64,000 bases of DNA from a bacterium (lineage in GTDB: Bacteria > UBA10199 > 2-02-FULL-44-16 > JAAZCA01). Below are positions 28,611 to 39,099 of the stretch, in pieces. The DNA is taken from NCBI GenBank assembly GCA_963674695.2, contig CAXXGI010000001.1, forward strand, positions 544,001-608,000, in the 5' to 3' direction. Both the position numbers and the translations under genes were made by a program. Numbering within the stretch: the stretch's first letter is position 1; the number at the start of each line of letters is the position of its first letter. The notes beneath the pieces are model-generated. The model saw only the letters and a program-made list of their open reading frames with translations, was not told where the DNA came from and searched no databases.

Positions 28611-28744
28611 AAATCCAAAAACCGAAATCAAAATGTCTAAACAAATCCAAAATCCCAATGTCCAAAGCACAAACATCAATATGGGCATTTGAAATTTGGA
28701 AATTAGGGTTTGCTTAGATATTTGGATTTCGGATTTTGGATTTC
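28611..28744. repeat. AT-rich imperfect inverted repeat with 6-7 nt periodicity
   Basis: AAATCCAAAAACCGAAATC...GATTTCGGATTTTGGATTT. Confidence 0.6.
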
Positions 28745-28791
28745 CCCCGGCTCCTCACTTGATTCCAGCTACGCCGGGTTAGGAGGTTCAC

Positions 28792-29286
28792 ATGAAACGC
28801 ACCATCCTCTTCACCTTCCTGATCCTGCTCGTCGCTACATCCGCATCGGCGGTCAAACGACAGAAGGCCTCAACGCAAAAAGGACCACAACAGGTCTCGG
28901 TGCAGGTGCGCGAGGCCGCGGTGAAGGCCTCGCCCAATTACATGGGCGCCACCGTTGGAACGGTGCGCTACAGCGATCGCCTGACGATCCTGGGCGAACA
29001 GGGAAGCTGGTACCAGATCAGCGCTCCGGCAGGATGGATCCCCAAAAATGCCGCGCGCAAAGGAACGGTGAAAGTCGATTCCGACAAGCGCTATGCCGGC
29101 AGCGGCGTGCGCCACGACGAAGCCGCGCTCGCGGGAAAGGGCTTCAACCCGACGGTCGAGCGCCAGTTCAAAGCCGACCACGCCGATCTCGCCGCGGCCT
29201 TCGGCCAGGTCGACCGCGTCGAGCGAATGACCGTTTCGAATGCAACCCTGCGCGCTTTCGCCCAGCAGGGAAAACTCAACCCCTGA
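28792..29286 (+). CDS. Secreted SH3b-domain protein
   Basis: Signal peptide; VKASP...VGTVRYSDRLTILGEQGSWYQI..AGWI; AALAGKGFN. Confidence 0.8.
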   Translation: MKRTILFTFLILLVATSASAVKRQKASTQKGPQQVSVQVREAAVKASPNYMGATVGTVRYSDRLTILGEQGSWYQISAPAGWIPKNAARKGTVKVDSDKRYAGSGVRHDEAALAGKGFNPTVERQFKADHADLAAAFGQVDRVERMTVSNATLRAFAQQGKLNP

Positions 29287-29303
29287 TCTCAAAAGTGAAT
29301 AAT

Positions 29304-29352
29304 CGAGATTCCCGCCTTCGCGGGAATGACAAGAATTGGTGGGAATGACAAA
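29304..29352. repeat. REP type A half element plus a repeated GGGAATGACAA end
   Basis: GATTCCCGCCTTCGCGGGAATGACAA followed by GGGAATGACAA. Confidence 0.7.
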
Positions 29353-29372
29353 AATTGGAAGGAATTCACGTT

Positions 29373-30245
29373 ATGTTACGACATATCATCACCCTCTTGG
29401 TCATCATCATCATCGCCATTCCGTTTGGAAAGGCACACGCCTTCGATCTCGGCCAGGCAATCGGTTCGGCCATCACCGGCGCGCAACAGCTCCACGAGGC
29501 CGCTAAGGAGATCACCCCGTCAGAGGAGCACTACATCGGACGCGCGGTAGCAGCGATGGTGCTGGCCAAGTATCCGCTGCTGGGCAATGCCGCGCTCGAC
29601 GCCTATGTCAGCAAGGTGGGAACGCTCGTCGCTTATCGATCGGAACATCCCGTCACCTACGGGGGCTATCACTTTGCCGTCCTCAACAGCAGTGAGGCCA
29701 ACGCGTTTGCCTGCCCCGGTGGATTCATCTTCATCACCAAGGGACTGCTCAAGACGATTGAAAACGAGGATCAGCTCGCCAACGTCCTCGGACATGAGGT
29801 CACCCACGTCGCCAAGCGCCACGGCATCAAGGCGATCAAGAAAGCGCGCTGGACAAAATTTGCTTTCTTCGCGGCGGGCGAGGTGGGCAAGCAGTATACG
29901 CCGAGCGAACTGACGCAGCTCACCCAGGCCTTTCAGAGTGTGGTCACCGATGTGGCCAAGCAGGTCATCGACAAGGGGTACAGCAAAAAGGATGAGCGCC
30001 AGGCCGACGATCTCGGCATGCGCTATGCCGCGCTGGCCGGCTATGACCCTCAGGCGATGGCAACCTTCATCCAGCACGAAATCGCGCTCGGAATGGGAGA
30101 ACACTCCGGCCCATTTTCCTCCCATCCAACGCCAAAAAACCGCTTAAAACAGGTCGATTCAGCCATTACTGCAGAACATCTGGCGGGAACGGTCGCCTCT
30201 GTGCGTACGGCCCGCTACAAACGCTCGACCGCCTCGGTGCGATAG
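29373..30245 (+). CDS. M48 family zinc metallopeptidase, secreted
   Basis: NAFACPGG, HEVTH, ERQAD, SSHP; signal peptide. Confidence 0.9.
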   Translation: MLRHIITLLVIIIIAIPFGKAHAFDLGQAIGSAITGAQQLHEAAKEITPSEEHYIGRAVAAMVLAKYPLLGNAALDAYVSKVGTLVAYRSEHPVTYGGYHFAVLNSSEANAFACPGGFIFITKGLLKTIENEDQLANVLGHEVTHVAKRHGIKAIKKARWTKFAFFAAGEVGKQYTPSELTQLTQAFQSVVTDVAKQVIDKGYSKKDERQADDLGMRYAALAGYDPQAMATFIQHEIALGMGEHSGPFSSHPTPKNRLKQVDSAITAEHLAGTVASVRTARYKRSTASVR

Positions 30246-30417
30246 CGCTTTTCCGTTGCCAATGGAGAGGAACTGACATAGCCTTTTATCAGTATTGAGC
30301 TTGTCCGGTGGGTCCAGCACGCGACGTAATGGTACGTTCGACCGCAGGCCACCAAAACGGTGCCTGTTTTTTTTGCGTTGCGGTTTCACCGGGCGAGGGC
30401 AGAAAGGAAGGGTCGGC

Positions 30418-30624
30418 ATGAAGAAAGGAAAGGTAAAGTGGTTCAACGATGCAAAGGGATTCGGATTCATTGAGCCGGATGATGGCGGCGAGGACGTTTT
30501 CGTCCACTTCTCCGTGATCACAGGCGAGGGATTTAAAACCCTCAAGGAGGGAGAAGCCGTCGAATTCGAGGTCACCGAGGGTCCGAAGGGCTTGCAGGCA
30601 GCAAACGTACAGAAAGCATCATAA
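30418..30624 (+). CDS. csp: Cold-shock protein
   Basis: [33 protein letters not shown]. Confidence 0.97.
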   Translation: MKKGKVKWFNDAKGFGFIEPDDGGEDVFVHFSVITGEGFKTLKEGEAVEFEVTEGPKGLQAANVQKAS

Positions 30625-30645
30625 CCATCACTCCTACAGACATCG

Positions 30646-30680
30646 AACCCCCCGGTCGCAGGTGCGGACGGGGGGTTTTT
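30646..30680 (+). terminator. Rho-independent terminator
   Basis: AACCCCCCG...CGGGGGGTT hairpin followed by T-run after csp. Confidence 0.75.
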
Positions 30681-30767
30681 CTGTGCCCACACAACATTCC
30701 AACGGTTTAGGGTTGAACCCGTCACCGCACGCATCTAGAATGGCCCCTTCGAGTCAGGGGGTATGGG

Positions 30768-32126
30768 GTGAGCATTCTCATCGTCGGCGGCGGCGAGATC
30801 GGCCGATTCATCGCCGAAAAATTGATCCAGGAAAAGAAGGCCGTCGTCATCATCGAAAAGAGCGAGCGCGTTCTCGACGAGATCGAGGAGTCGCTCGACG
30901 CCAAGTTCGTTCTGGGGAACGGAGCCTCCCCGCGCGTGCTGCGCGAAGCGGGTCTCGAAAAAGCGGAGATGGTCGTAGCGGTCACCAATAGCGACGAAGC
31001 CAACATCCTCGCGACGATCATCGCCGGCATGGAAGCGCCGCAGGCGGTGCGCATCGCGCGCATTCGCAATCCCGAATTCGACCTGGAGGGAGAGACCTTC
31101 CAGGACGCCATGCGCATCAACCTGCTCATCAACCCCGAGAAGGAAGCGGCGAGCGCCATCCTCAAAGTGCTACAGATGCCGGGCGCCATCGACATCCTCG
31201 ATTTCTTCGATGGCGAGATCAAACTGGTCGGAACCACCGTGTTGCGTTCAAGCCCGCTCATCAACCGACCGCTACAGGAGCTCGACGACCTGCGCGACAG
31301 GGGGCACTTCCTCATCGCGGCCATCTTCCGCGGCAATCAGCTCATCGTCCCTTCGGGGGAGAACCGCATCATGCCCGGCGACACGGTCTACTACGTCGCT
31401 GACAGCGAATATGTCTCAAAGGGCATGCGGCTGCTGGGCCACCGGGGTGAGAAGACGGGTGAAGTCATGATTCACGGCGGCACCTTCATCGGCATGAACC
31501 TCGCGCGCTCGTTAGAAGAACGCGGCCTGCACGTGAAGATCATCGAATCCGATCCAAAACTCTGTTCCGCCCTGAGCCGCCAGCTCGATCACACGCTCAT
31601 CCTCAACGCCGCCGGAACCGACGAGGAGGTTTTGGAGCAGGAGAACATCGCTCACATGGATGCCTTCGTCGCCGTGACCAAGGATGACGAAGACAACATC
31701 ATCAGCGCGCTCTTGGCAAAACGCCTCGGCGCCCCCATGGCCATTGCCCTTTCGCACAAATCGGCTTACCGACAGTTGATCTCTTCGATCGGCATCGATG
31801 TGGTGGTCAACCCGCGACAGCTGGCCAACAACGTCATCCTGCAATACATCCGGCGAGGAAAGGTGTTGCACGTCTCGAATCTTCGCGAACAGGCCGAGAT
31901 CATCGAAGCGGAGGCCCTGGAGACGACGGATCTCGTCGGCAAACCGCTGGCGGATCTCAAGCTGCCCAACGGCACGCTCGTCCTCTCGCTCAAGCGTGGC
32001 GATGAGATCATCGTCCCCTGGGGCGACACCGTCATCGAGCCGGGTGACCGCGTGCTGCTGCTCGCACGTCGTGAAGAGGTCCCCAACATCGAGAAGTTCA
32101 TCACCGTCAAGATGGAGTATTTCTGA
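30768..32126 (+). CDS. trkA: Trk K+ uptake NAD-binding subunit
   Basis: Two RCK_N/RCK_C pairs; GGGEIG, VTNSDEAN, DDEDNI. Confidence 0.95.
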   Translation: MSILIVGGGEIGRFIAEKLIQEKKAVVIIEKSERVLDEIEESLDAKFVLGNGASPRVLREAGLEKAEMVVAVTNSDEANILATIIAGMEAPQAVRIARIRNPEFDLEGETFQDAMRINLLINPEKEAASAILKVLQMPGAIDILDFFDGEIKLVGTTVLRSSPLINRPLQELDDLRDRGHFLIAAIFRGNQLIVPSGENRIMPGDTVYYVADSEYVSKGMRLLGHRGEKTGEVMIHGGTFIGMNLARSLEERGLHVKIIESDPKLCSALSRQLDHTLILNAAGTDEEVLEQENIAHMDAFVAVTKDDEDNIISALLAKRLGAPMAIALSHKSAYRQLISSIGIDVVVNPRQLANNVILQYIRRGKVLHVSNLREQAEIIEAEALETTDLVGKPLADLKLPNGTLVLSLKRGDEIIVPWGDTVIEPGDRVLLLARREEVPNIEKFITVKMEYF

Positions 32127-33598
32127 TGCGTCTGGGTTTCGTCTTCGCCGTGCTGGCGCGGCTCAATCTCTTCATCGGGCTGGCGATGCTCGCCCCGCTC
32201 GCGTTCGCCTGGGCCGACGACGGTCGCGACCTTGCGCCGATCGCCCTGGCGATGTTCATCACACTCATCATCGCAAGCCTCGCCGCCGTCCTCTTGAAGA
32301 CGCCGCGCGAAGACCTCACCCATCGCGAAGGCATGATGATCGTCACCTTCGGATGGGCGACGGCCGGTTTTTTCGGCGCCCTCCCCTTCTTTTTCGCCGA
32401 GATGCTCGGGCCGATGACACCGGCCAACTTCGTCAACTGCTACTTCGAATCGCTCTCGGGGTTCACCACCACCGGGGCCTCCGTGCTTGGCGCCACCGTC
32501 CAGATCGAGAGCCTCGGTCAGGGGCTGCTCTTCTGGCGCAGCCTCACCCACTGGCTCGGCGGCATGGGGATCATCGTGCTGGCGGTCGCCATCCTGCCCC
32601 TGCTGGGCGTTGGCGGCATGCAACTCTTTCATGCCGAAGCTCCCGGGCCGACCAAGGAGAAACTCTTTCCCCGCATCCGGGAGACAGCCGCAACCCTCTG
32701 GCTCGTCTATGTCGTCCTCTCCGCCATCGAAACCGTTCTCCTCATGCTGGGGGGCATGTCGCTCTTTGAGGCGCTCTGCCAAACCTTCGGCACGATGGCG
32801 ACCGGCGGTTTTTCCACACGCAACGCCTCCGTCGGCGCTTTCAATAGCGCCTACATCGACGGCATCATCATCCTCTTCATGTTCCTGGCGGGAGCAAATT
32901 TCTCGCTGCACTATCTGGCGCTCACCGGGCGACTCAAGGCCTATTGGCGCAACAGCGAATTCCGCGCCTATGGCGCCATCACGCTGACAGCGATCGTCTT
33001 CCTGACCATCTGGCTCCTTTTCAGCGGCACCTACAGTACGTTCCTGAGCTCTTTGCGCTACGGCGCCTTCCAGACCGTCTCGATCATCACCACCACGGGA
33101 TTTGCCACCGCCGACTTCGAGCTCTGGCCGATCCTCACGCAGCTGGCCTTGCTCGTCTTCATGTTTATCGGCGGCTGTGCCGGCTCCACCGGCGGGTCGA
33201 TCAAGATCGTGCGGCTGATGCTCCTGTTCAAGTATGCCTATCGCGAACTCTTCCGCATGATCCACCCGAGGGCCTTCGCCGCGGTCAAGTTGGGCGGACG
33301 GGTGGTGGGCAAGGATATCCTCGAGAGCGTAGCCGGCTTTTTCATCATCTATATGGGAGTCTTCGTCATCGCCTCGCTCGTCATGGCGGCGATGGGGCTC
33401 GATCTCATCACCGCCATAAGCTCGGTGGCGGCGACGCTCGGAAATATCGGTCCTGGACTCGGAACGGTGGGCCCGGCGGACAACTACTATCACATCCCGA
33501 CAGCAGGAAAGTGCGTGCTCACCTTCTGCATGCTGCTCGGCCGCCTTGAACTCTTCACGGTGCTGTTGCTGTTGGTTCCGGAATACTGGAGAAAGTAG
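32126..33598 (+). CDS. trkH: Trk K+ uptake membrane subunit
   Basis: FESLSGFTTTGAS, WLGGMG, ATGGFS, TTTGF, GGCAGSTGG, NIGPG, GRLE. Confidence 0.96.
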   Translation: MRLGFVFAVLARLNLFIGLAMLAPLAFAWADDGRDLAPIALAMFITLIIASLAAVLLKTPREDLTHREGMMIVTFGWATAGFFGALPFFFAEMLGPMTPANFVNCYFESLSGFTTTGASVLGATVQIESLGQGLLFWRSLTHWLGGMGIIVLAVAILPLLGVGGMQLFHAEAPGPTKEKLFPRIRETAATLWLVYVVLSAIETVLLMLGGMSLFEALCQTFGTMATGGFSTRNASVGAFNSAYIDGIIILFMFLAGANFSLHYLALTGRLKAYWRNSEFRAYGAITLTAIVFLTIWLLFSGTYSTFLSSLRYGAFQTVSIITTTGFATADFELWPILTQLALLVFMFIGGCAGSTGGSIKIVRLMLLFKYAYRELFRMIHPRAFAAVKLGGRVVGKDILESVAGFFIIYMGVFVIASLVMAAMGLDLITAISSVAATLGNIGPGLGTVGPADNYYHIPTAGKCVLTFCMLLGRLELFTVLLLLVPEYWRK

Positions 33599-33785
33599 CG
33601 GATCGCATATATCACACCGACCTGACCAATCCTGATTATGATATAGATATCGATAATGACATCGATTATTGATTCCTGAAGTATGATACCGGCTCACCTG
33701 AGCCGGCAGAGCATTCGACTGATCCGATCCGCTCGCTCCTTGTTCTCCATTTCACATCCGTTGAGAACGAAATCGCCGTTGGGAC

Positions 33786-34118
33786 CTACATTTTCTTCGT
33801 CCTTCCATACTGCCGAATGAACATGCCCGATTTGGCATTCGAACTCTGAGCGGTCATGCGATACTCGTCGTCGATCTGATACTGATCGGCGCAAGGGAGG
33901 CAGAGCCACTCCTTACCTTCGATCAAGCGATTGCGATGCCGATAGCGTTCGACATCGGGTGCGGTCTTCCCGCAGGCTTCACACATGATACGAATGTGAT
34001 CCTTGCGCATCGTGGCCGACTTCTTCATGTGTTGCTTCTTCACGTGGTCGCGCTCCAAATCCTTCTTGGAAACAAGCCCCGCATCGATAAGCGCCTTTTT
34101 GAGTTGTTCCATTCCCAT
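33786..34118 (-). CDS. Small Zn-finger hypothetical protein
   Basis: GGAGG RBS before MGMEQLKKALIDAGLV; CEAC...CLPC. Confidence 0.65.
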   Translation of the reverse strand: MGMEQLKKALIDAGLVSKKDLERDHVKKQHMKKSATMRKDHIRIMCEACGKTAPDVERYRHRNRLIEGKEWLCLPCADQYQIDDEYRMTAQSSNAKSGMFIRQYGRTKKM

Positions 34119-34147
34119 AAAACCTCCCCCTTCGCCCTTCATCGCCT

Positions 34148-35080
34148 TTAACGTACCCCACTCTCCTCGATCACCAGCCTCGGGGGATACGACGAGAGTT
34201 TCGCCCGCACGCCAATCGGAATCGTAATATTCTCGACACCATGTCCGGAAGGAAGGCCGAACAGGACCGGATAGGCCGCATCCTTGAAGTGCCGACGCAA
34301 GAACCGCAAGAGCCTTCGGCGATCGCCTTCGATACAATTGGTCATCTCGGAGAAGACGACCCCCTGCACATGATCGAACTTACCGGCGATGCGCAGGTGG
34401 TTGAGATCGCCATCGAGCTGCAGGTGCCCCTCCCCCACCTCCTCGATGAAAAAGATGGCCCCCCGCGTATCGATTTCGAACGGCGTCCCCAGCGTACGCA
34501 ACATGCGCGTGAGATTCCCCCCGATGATCCGCCCGCGCCCCTCGCCCACGTTGATGACCTCCAGATCCTTCCCGTAGATATCCCCCAACCGCGTGCGTTT
34601 GGTGACCGCCTCCTGCAGGGCGATCTCAGTCGCGGGCGGCATGCCCTTGTAAATCTCACCGGCGACGGTCGGCCCGTGGAAGGTGACCCAGCCGTATCGC
34701 ATGTGAAAGTAGAGGAGCAAAATGGTGATGTCGGAAAATCCGACGAAGATCTTGGGATAGGCCGAGAGATCGACCCGATCCAGATAGGGGATCAGGGCGA
34801 TGGAACCATACCCCGCCTCGGCGCAGAAGATCGCCGCGATCGACGGATTCCGAAAGAGCCGAATGATCTCGGCCGCCTTCTCCTCATAACGCTTCATCCG
34901 TTCGTTATCGGAGGGTGATCGTGAATGCGTCAGCACGCGCCGAGGCACGACCGGGTCAAACCCCCACCAGCGCAGTTTGTCGATGCCACGGCGCAACCCC
35001 TTCCGTTCAAAGGAAGAGGCCGGTGCCGCAATGCCGATGCGATCGCCGGGAACGAGGCCAAAGGGTTTGATGGGGCGCAT
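34148..35080 (-). CDS. ldcA: LD-carboxypeptidase (S66 family)
   Basis: IAAPAS, GYGS, GFSDIT, HGP, GGNL, IEEVGE, SGH. Confidence 0.9.
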   Translation of the reverse strand: MRPIKPFGLVPGDRIGIAAPASSFERKGLRRGIDKLRWWGFDPVVPRRVLTHSRSPSDNERMKRYEEKAAEIIRLFRNPSIAAIFCAEAGYGSIALIPYLDRVDLSAYPKIFVGFSDITILLLYFHMRYGWVTFHGPTVAGEIYKGMPPATEIALQEAVTKRTRLGDIYGKDLEVINVGEGRGRIIGGNLTRMLRTLGTPFEIDTRGAIFFIEEVGEGHLQLDGDLNHLRIAGKFDHVQGVVFSEMTNCIEGDRRRLLRFLRRHFKDAAYPVLFGLPSGHGVENITIPIGVRAKLSSYPPRLVIEESGVR

Positions 35081-35181
35081 GATTCTGAACCTATCGAATT
35101 TGTTTGTGTTTTTTGAGTATAGCGCGTTGGGCACCATCGCGCAAGCGATGCGCCCTCCGCCAGGGAGAAAAGAGGCTGGGG

Positions 35182-35559
35182 TCAGTACGGCCTCCGGTAC
35201 ATCATGGATGCCCACAGGTACGACCCGGCACCATGAGGATGGTGGACATAGGCCGTCGCCCAGAGCATGGGATTCATATAATACCGACGCGGCGCCGGAA
35301 CGACGTGGCCGACGGGAAGCGGCGTGTTGTGCAAGGCATTGAGCAGCTGACGGTGATCCGGATCCATCGCCCCCATCCCTCCGCCGCGGTAGGTCGTGCC
35401 GATCGTCCCCGGCGCGTTCACCATGCAGCCGCGCAGATCGCTCAGGCGTTCCACCTGACTCGGACAGGGACCGCCAGCGAAGGCCGTGGCGGATCCCGCA
35501 AGGATCAGCGCGACCAGCACGAGCATCATCGCAAACTGAATGTGTCGATCGACGTTCAT
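35182..35559 (-). CDS. Small secreted hypothetical protein
   Basis: Signal peptide ending AFA; GAGGAG RBS; preceded by the recurrent promoter motif. Confidence 0.6.
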   Translation of the reverse strand: MNVDRHIQFAMMLVLVALILAGSATAFAGGPCPSQVERLSDLRGCMVNAPGTIGTTYRGGGMGAMDPDHRQLLNALHNTPLPVGHVVPAPRRYYMNPMLWATAYVHHPHGAGSYLWASMMYRRPY

Positions 35560-35577
35560 AGAGGCTCCTCACTATCA

Positions 35578-35605
35578 CTATCGGTCGAAGAAAGGAAAAG
35601 TTGCG
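35578..35605 (-). promoter_or_regulatory. Recurrent promoter-like motif, copy E
   Basis: Minus strand CGCAACT-N13-ACCGATAG. Confidence 0.55.
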
Positions 35606-35664
35606 TCGATTCTTCTCGCTCCCCGCCCCCGGAATCGTGATTGACCAAGCGGGAGGGGAACACT

Positions 35665-37122
35665 ATGCTGTCGCCCATGAACCATCGAAATACGCTGATC
35701 ATAACTCTCCATCTCATTGGAATTATTTGCCTTTTCCTCTTCACCCCTTCGGCTGACGCCTACGATCGAGATATCTCCCGCATCACCCTGAGCGACAGCA
35801 TCATCAATCCGGTCACGGCCGAATATATCGAAACAGCGATAGACCGTGCCACGAAGGAGCAGGTCGGGGCGCTGATCATCGAGCTGGACACGCCGGGGGG
35901 GCTCATCTCCTCCACACGGCGGATCGTACGCGCCATCATGAACGCCGAGATTCCGATCATCGTCTATGTCACCCCCAAAGGGGCGCGCGCGGGCTCAGCC
36001 GGCGTCTTCATCACGCTCGCCGCGAACGTCGCGGCGATGGCCCCCTCGACGAATATCGGGGCGGCCCATCCGGTGCAGATGCAACAGAAACAGGGGTTTG
36101 GCGAAACGCTGGAACGACTCGTCCGCCGCCTGACGCCGAAGAAAAAAGATTCCGTCGAAGAAAAAAACGACCGCACGACGACGGATGCCACACCACCGAT
36201 GGAAGAGAAGATCGTGAACGACACCCGGGCCTGGGTGAGTGCAATCGCGCGGGAACGCGGTCGCAACATCGCATGGGCCGAGCGGGCCGTCACCGAGAGC
36301 GTCTCGATCACCGATGAGGAGGCCCTGCGCGACGGCATTATCGACATCATCGCGACGGACTTCGATGATCTCCTCGCCCAGCTCGACGGACGAACCGTCA
36401 CCCTCCCCAGCGGCGAGGTGACACTCGCGACCAAGAACGCCCGCATCATCAGCATCCCCATGGACACCCGCCTACGCTGGCTGGCGATACTGGCCCATCC
36501 GAACATCGCCTACATCCTGCTCATGCTCGGGTTCTATGGGCTGCTCTTCGAATTCACGCATCCGGGCATCGGCTTTCCCGGCATCGCGGGTGCGATCTGC
36601 CTGGTGCTGGCCTTCTTCGGCCTGCAGGTCCTTCCCACGAACATTGCCGGCCTCATCCTCATCCTGCTGGCGATCGCGATGTTCTTCGCCGAGATCAAGA
36701 TAACGAGCTACGGCCTTCTCACGCTCGGCGGCATCGTCACCCTCTTCCTGGGATCGCTCATCCTCTTCACCTCGTCCCATGATTTTTTGCGCGTCTCGCT
36801 GCCGATCGTCATCGCCTTTTCGCTGGCCACCGCCCTCATCGCTCTCTTTCTCGGAACGATCGTCGCGCGCCTGGCCAAGCGCCGCGCCACCACCGGCAGC
36901 GAAGGCATGGTGGGTGCTGCGGGTCAGGTTCTTCATTGGCAGAAGGACAGCGGCACCGTCTTCGTGCACGGGGAGATCTGGAACGCCCGATCTGATGCCG
37001 CCCTGGAAAAGGACGATCGCATCAGCGTCATCGCGATAGAGGGCATGACCCTCGTCGTTGCAAAAACGACCATAGGCCATAGTCACCTTTCAAAGGAGGT
37101 TTCATGTCCACGCCGCTCATGA
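35665..37122 (+). CDS. nfeD: NfeD family membrane serine protease (ClpP-like)
   Basis: [21 protein letters not shown] bundle, C-terminal OB fold (VHGEIW). Confidence 0.93.
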   Translation: MLSPMNHRNTLIITLHLIGIICLFLFTPSADAYDRDISRITLSDSIINPVTAEYIETAIDRATKEQVGALIIELDTPGGLISSTRRIVRAIMNAEIPIIVYVTPKGARAGSAGVFITLAANVAAMAPSTNIGAAHPVQMQQKQGFGETLERLVRRLTPKKKDSVEEKNDRTTTDATPPMEEKIVNDTRAWVSAIARERGRNIAWAERAVTESVSITDEEALRDGIIDIIATDFDDLLAQLDGRTVTLPSGEVTLATKNARIISIPMDTRLRWLAILAHPNIAYILLMLGFYGLLFEFTHPGIGFPGIAGAICLVLAFFGLQVLPTNIAGLILILLAIAMFFAEIKITSYGLLTLGGIVTLFLGSLILFTSSHDFLRVSLPIVIAFSLATALIALFLGTIVARLAKRRATTGSEGMVGAAGQVLHWQKDSGTVFVHGEIWNARSDAALEKDDRISVIAIEGMTLVVAKTTIGHSHLSKEVSCPRRS

Positions 37123-37868
37123 TCTTCATCGCCTTCATCGTCCTGTATTTCCTCAGCTGCATCAAGGTCCTCAAGGAGTATGAGCGTGCCGTCATCTTCC
37201 GTCTCGGGCGACTGCTCCCCCAGACCAAGGGGCCGGGCATCTTCTTCGTCTTCAAGCCGGTCGACAAGATGGTCCGCGTCTCCCTGCGCACGGTCACGCT
37301 CGACGTTCCGCCGCAGGATATCATCACGAAGGATAACGTCTCGGTGCAGGTCAACGCGGTGGTCTACTTTCGCGTGATGGATCCGAACAAAGCGATCACC
37401 GAGGTGGAAAACTTTGGCTTCGCCACCAGTCAGATGTCGCAGACAACACTCAGAAGCATTATCGGCGAGCGCGAGCTCGACGACCTGCTCTCCCAGCGCG
37501 AGGAGATCAACGAGAAGATCCAGATCATCCTCGACAAGCAGACCGACCCGTGGGGCATCAAGGTCTCCAACGTCGAGATCAAGCACGTCGATCTGACCGA
37601 GGAACTCAAGAGGGCCATGGCGCGCCAGGCTGAGGCCGAACGCGAACGCCGCGCCAAGGTGATCAGCTCTGAGGGCGAGTATCAGGCCGCCGAAAAGCTC
37701 GTGGCCGCTGCAGAGAAGATCGAGAAACACCCCATCAGCCTGCAACTGCGCTATCTGCAGACCCTCGTCGACATCACCAATCAGTCGGGTGCCAAGACGA
37801 TCATCCCGCTGCCGCTGGATGTGATCAGACCATTGCAAGCGATGATGGAGAACATCAAATCAAGCTGA
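37104..37868 (+). CDS. SPFH/stomatin (slipin) family protein
   Basis: [43 protein letters not shown]. Confidence 0.95.
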   Translation: MSTPLMIFIAFIVLYFLSCIKVLKEYERAVIFRLGRLLPQTKGPGIFFVFKPVDKMVRVSLRTVTLDVPPQDIITKDNVSVQVNAVVYFRVMDPNKAITEVENFGFATSQMSQTTLRSIIGERELDDLLSQREEINEKIQIILDKQTDPWGIKVSNVEIKHVDLTEELKRAMARQAEAERERRAKVISSEGEYQAAEKLVAAAEKIEKHPISLQLRYLQTLVDITNQSGAKTIIPLPLDVIRPLQAMMENIKSS

Positions 37869-38902
37869 TGACTGCACCGACCGCCAAAACCGAACCGTCG
37901 TGGGCGCAGCTGACCGACGAGGAGTTGCTCGCATGGCGCATCCGCGACCTGGGGCTGACCATCGTGGGGACGGAACTTGAGACGCGCATCGAGCAGCTCT
38001 GGCAAGAACTCGGCGCGCGCGGCATTACTTTTCTTCCCCAATGCTATCTCGCCGACGAATGGTTCTGCCCGAACGAGGTTCCGACCATCGCCATCCCCTT
38101 TTATCTCGCGCACCCACGGCTCAAACAACTCGAATCGCACATCATTCTCGAAGTAGAAGGCGGCACCAAACAGGACTGCATGCGACTGCTGCGACACGAA
38201 TGCGGACACGCGCTGGGCTATGCCTATCGCCTCTGGCGACGCAAACGATGGCGGGAACACTTCGGCGATTTCCGCGACGACTATCCCGAAAGCTATCGCC
38301 CCAAACCGCACAGCCGTCGCTTCGTGCGACATCTGGAAAAATGGTATGCGCAGTATCATCCCGATGAAGACTTCGCCGAAACCTTCGCCGTCTGGCTCAA
38401 CCCAAGTTCCAATTGGCACGAACGGTATCGTGGCTGGCCTGCGCTCAAGAAACTGGAATACGTCGATGAACTCATGCGGTCGATCGCGGGACAACCAGCA
38501 CCTGTGACCGGTGGACGACGCATCTGCGAGGCATCTCGGCTCACACAAAAACTCTCCACCTATTACGCACGCAAACGCCGTGAATATGCCGAGGACATGC
38601 CCGACTTCTTCGACCGCGACTTGAATCGCATCTTTCTCGAAGCCGTTCCGGGGCAAAAACACACCTCGGCCAGTGCCTTCCTGCGTCGCCAACGAAGATC
38701 CATCGTCGCGAACGTCTCCCGATGGACAGGGGAGCGCAAGTTCACCGTAGCCCGCTTCCTGCAGAAACTCATCGCACGATGCCACGAACGAAAACTCGTA
38801 TTGCCCGATGAAACCGACGAGGCGATCGCCCAGACGATCGCGTTTCTCACAGCAACCGTGATGAACTATCGGTTTCAGGATAAGATCAGACGGCATCCGT
38901 AG
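37868..38902 (+). CDS. Putative zinc-binding metallopeptidase (zincin-like)
   Basis: LRHECGH, YAQYHPDEDFAETF; TGATG overlap with slipin stop. Confidence 0.85.
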   Translation: MTAPTAKTEPSWAQLTDEELLAWRIRDLGLTIVGTELETRIEQLWQELGARGITFLPQCYLADEWFCPNEVPTIAIPFYLAHPRLKQLESHIILEVEGGTKQDCMRLLRHECGHALGYAYRLWRRKRWREHFGDFRDDYPESYRPKPHSRRFVRHLEKWYAQYHPDEDFAETFAVWLNPSSNWHERYRGWPALKKLEYVDELMRSIAGQPAPVTGGRRICEASRLTQKLSTYYARKRREYAEDMPDFFDRDLNRIFLEAVPGQKHTSASAFLRRQRRSIVANVSRWTGERKFTVARFLQKLIARCHERKLVLPDETDEAIAQTIAFLTATVMNYRFQDKIRRHP

Positions 38903-38970
38903 AGCCGTGACACGTGACTCGAAAAATCGATACGACTGTCGCCGCAACTGCTCGATGAAAAACCTTGGCG

Positions 38971-39042
38971 TTGTCATCCCCGTGAAAACGGGGATCTCGA
39001 CGTGGCTTCAAAATCGAGATTCCCGCGTTCGCGGGAATGACA
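38971..39042. repeat. REP-like palindrome pair, type A
   Basis: GTCATCCCCGTGAAAACGGGGATC ... GATTCCCGCGTTCGCGGGAATGAC. Confidence 0.8.
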
Positions 39043-39099
39043 GGCTTTGGTTCACAGGGATAATGACAACAGATAGATGACATCAATTCAGGAGTCTCG

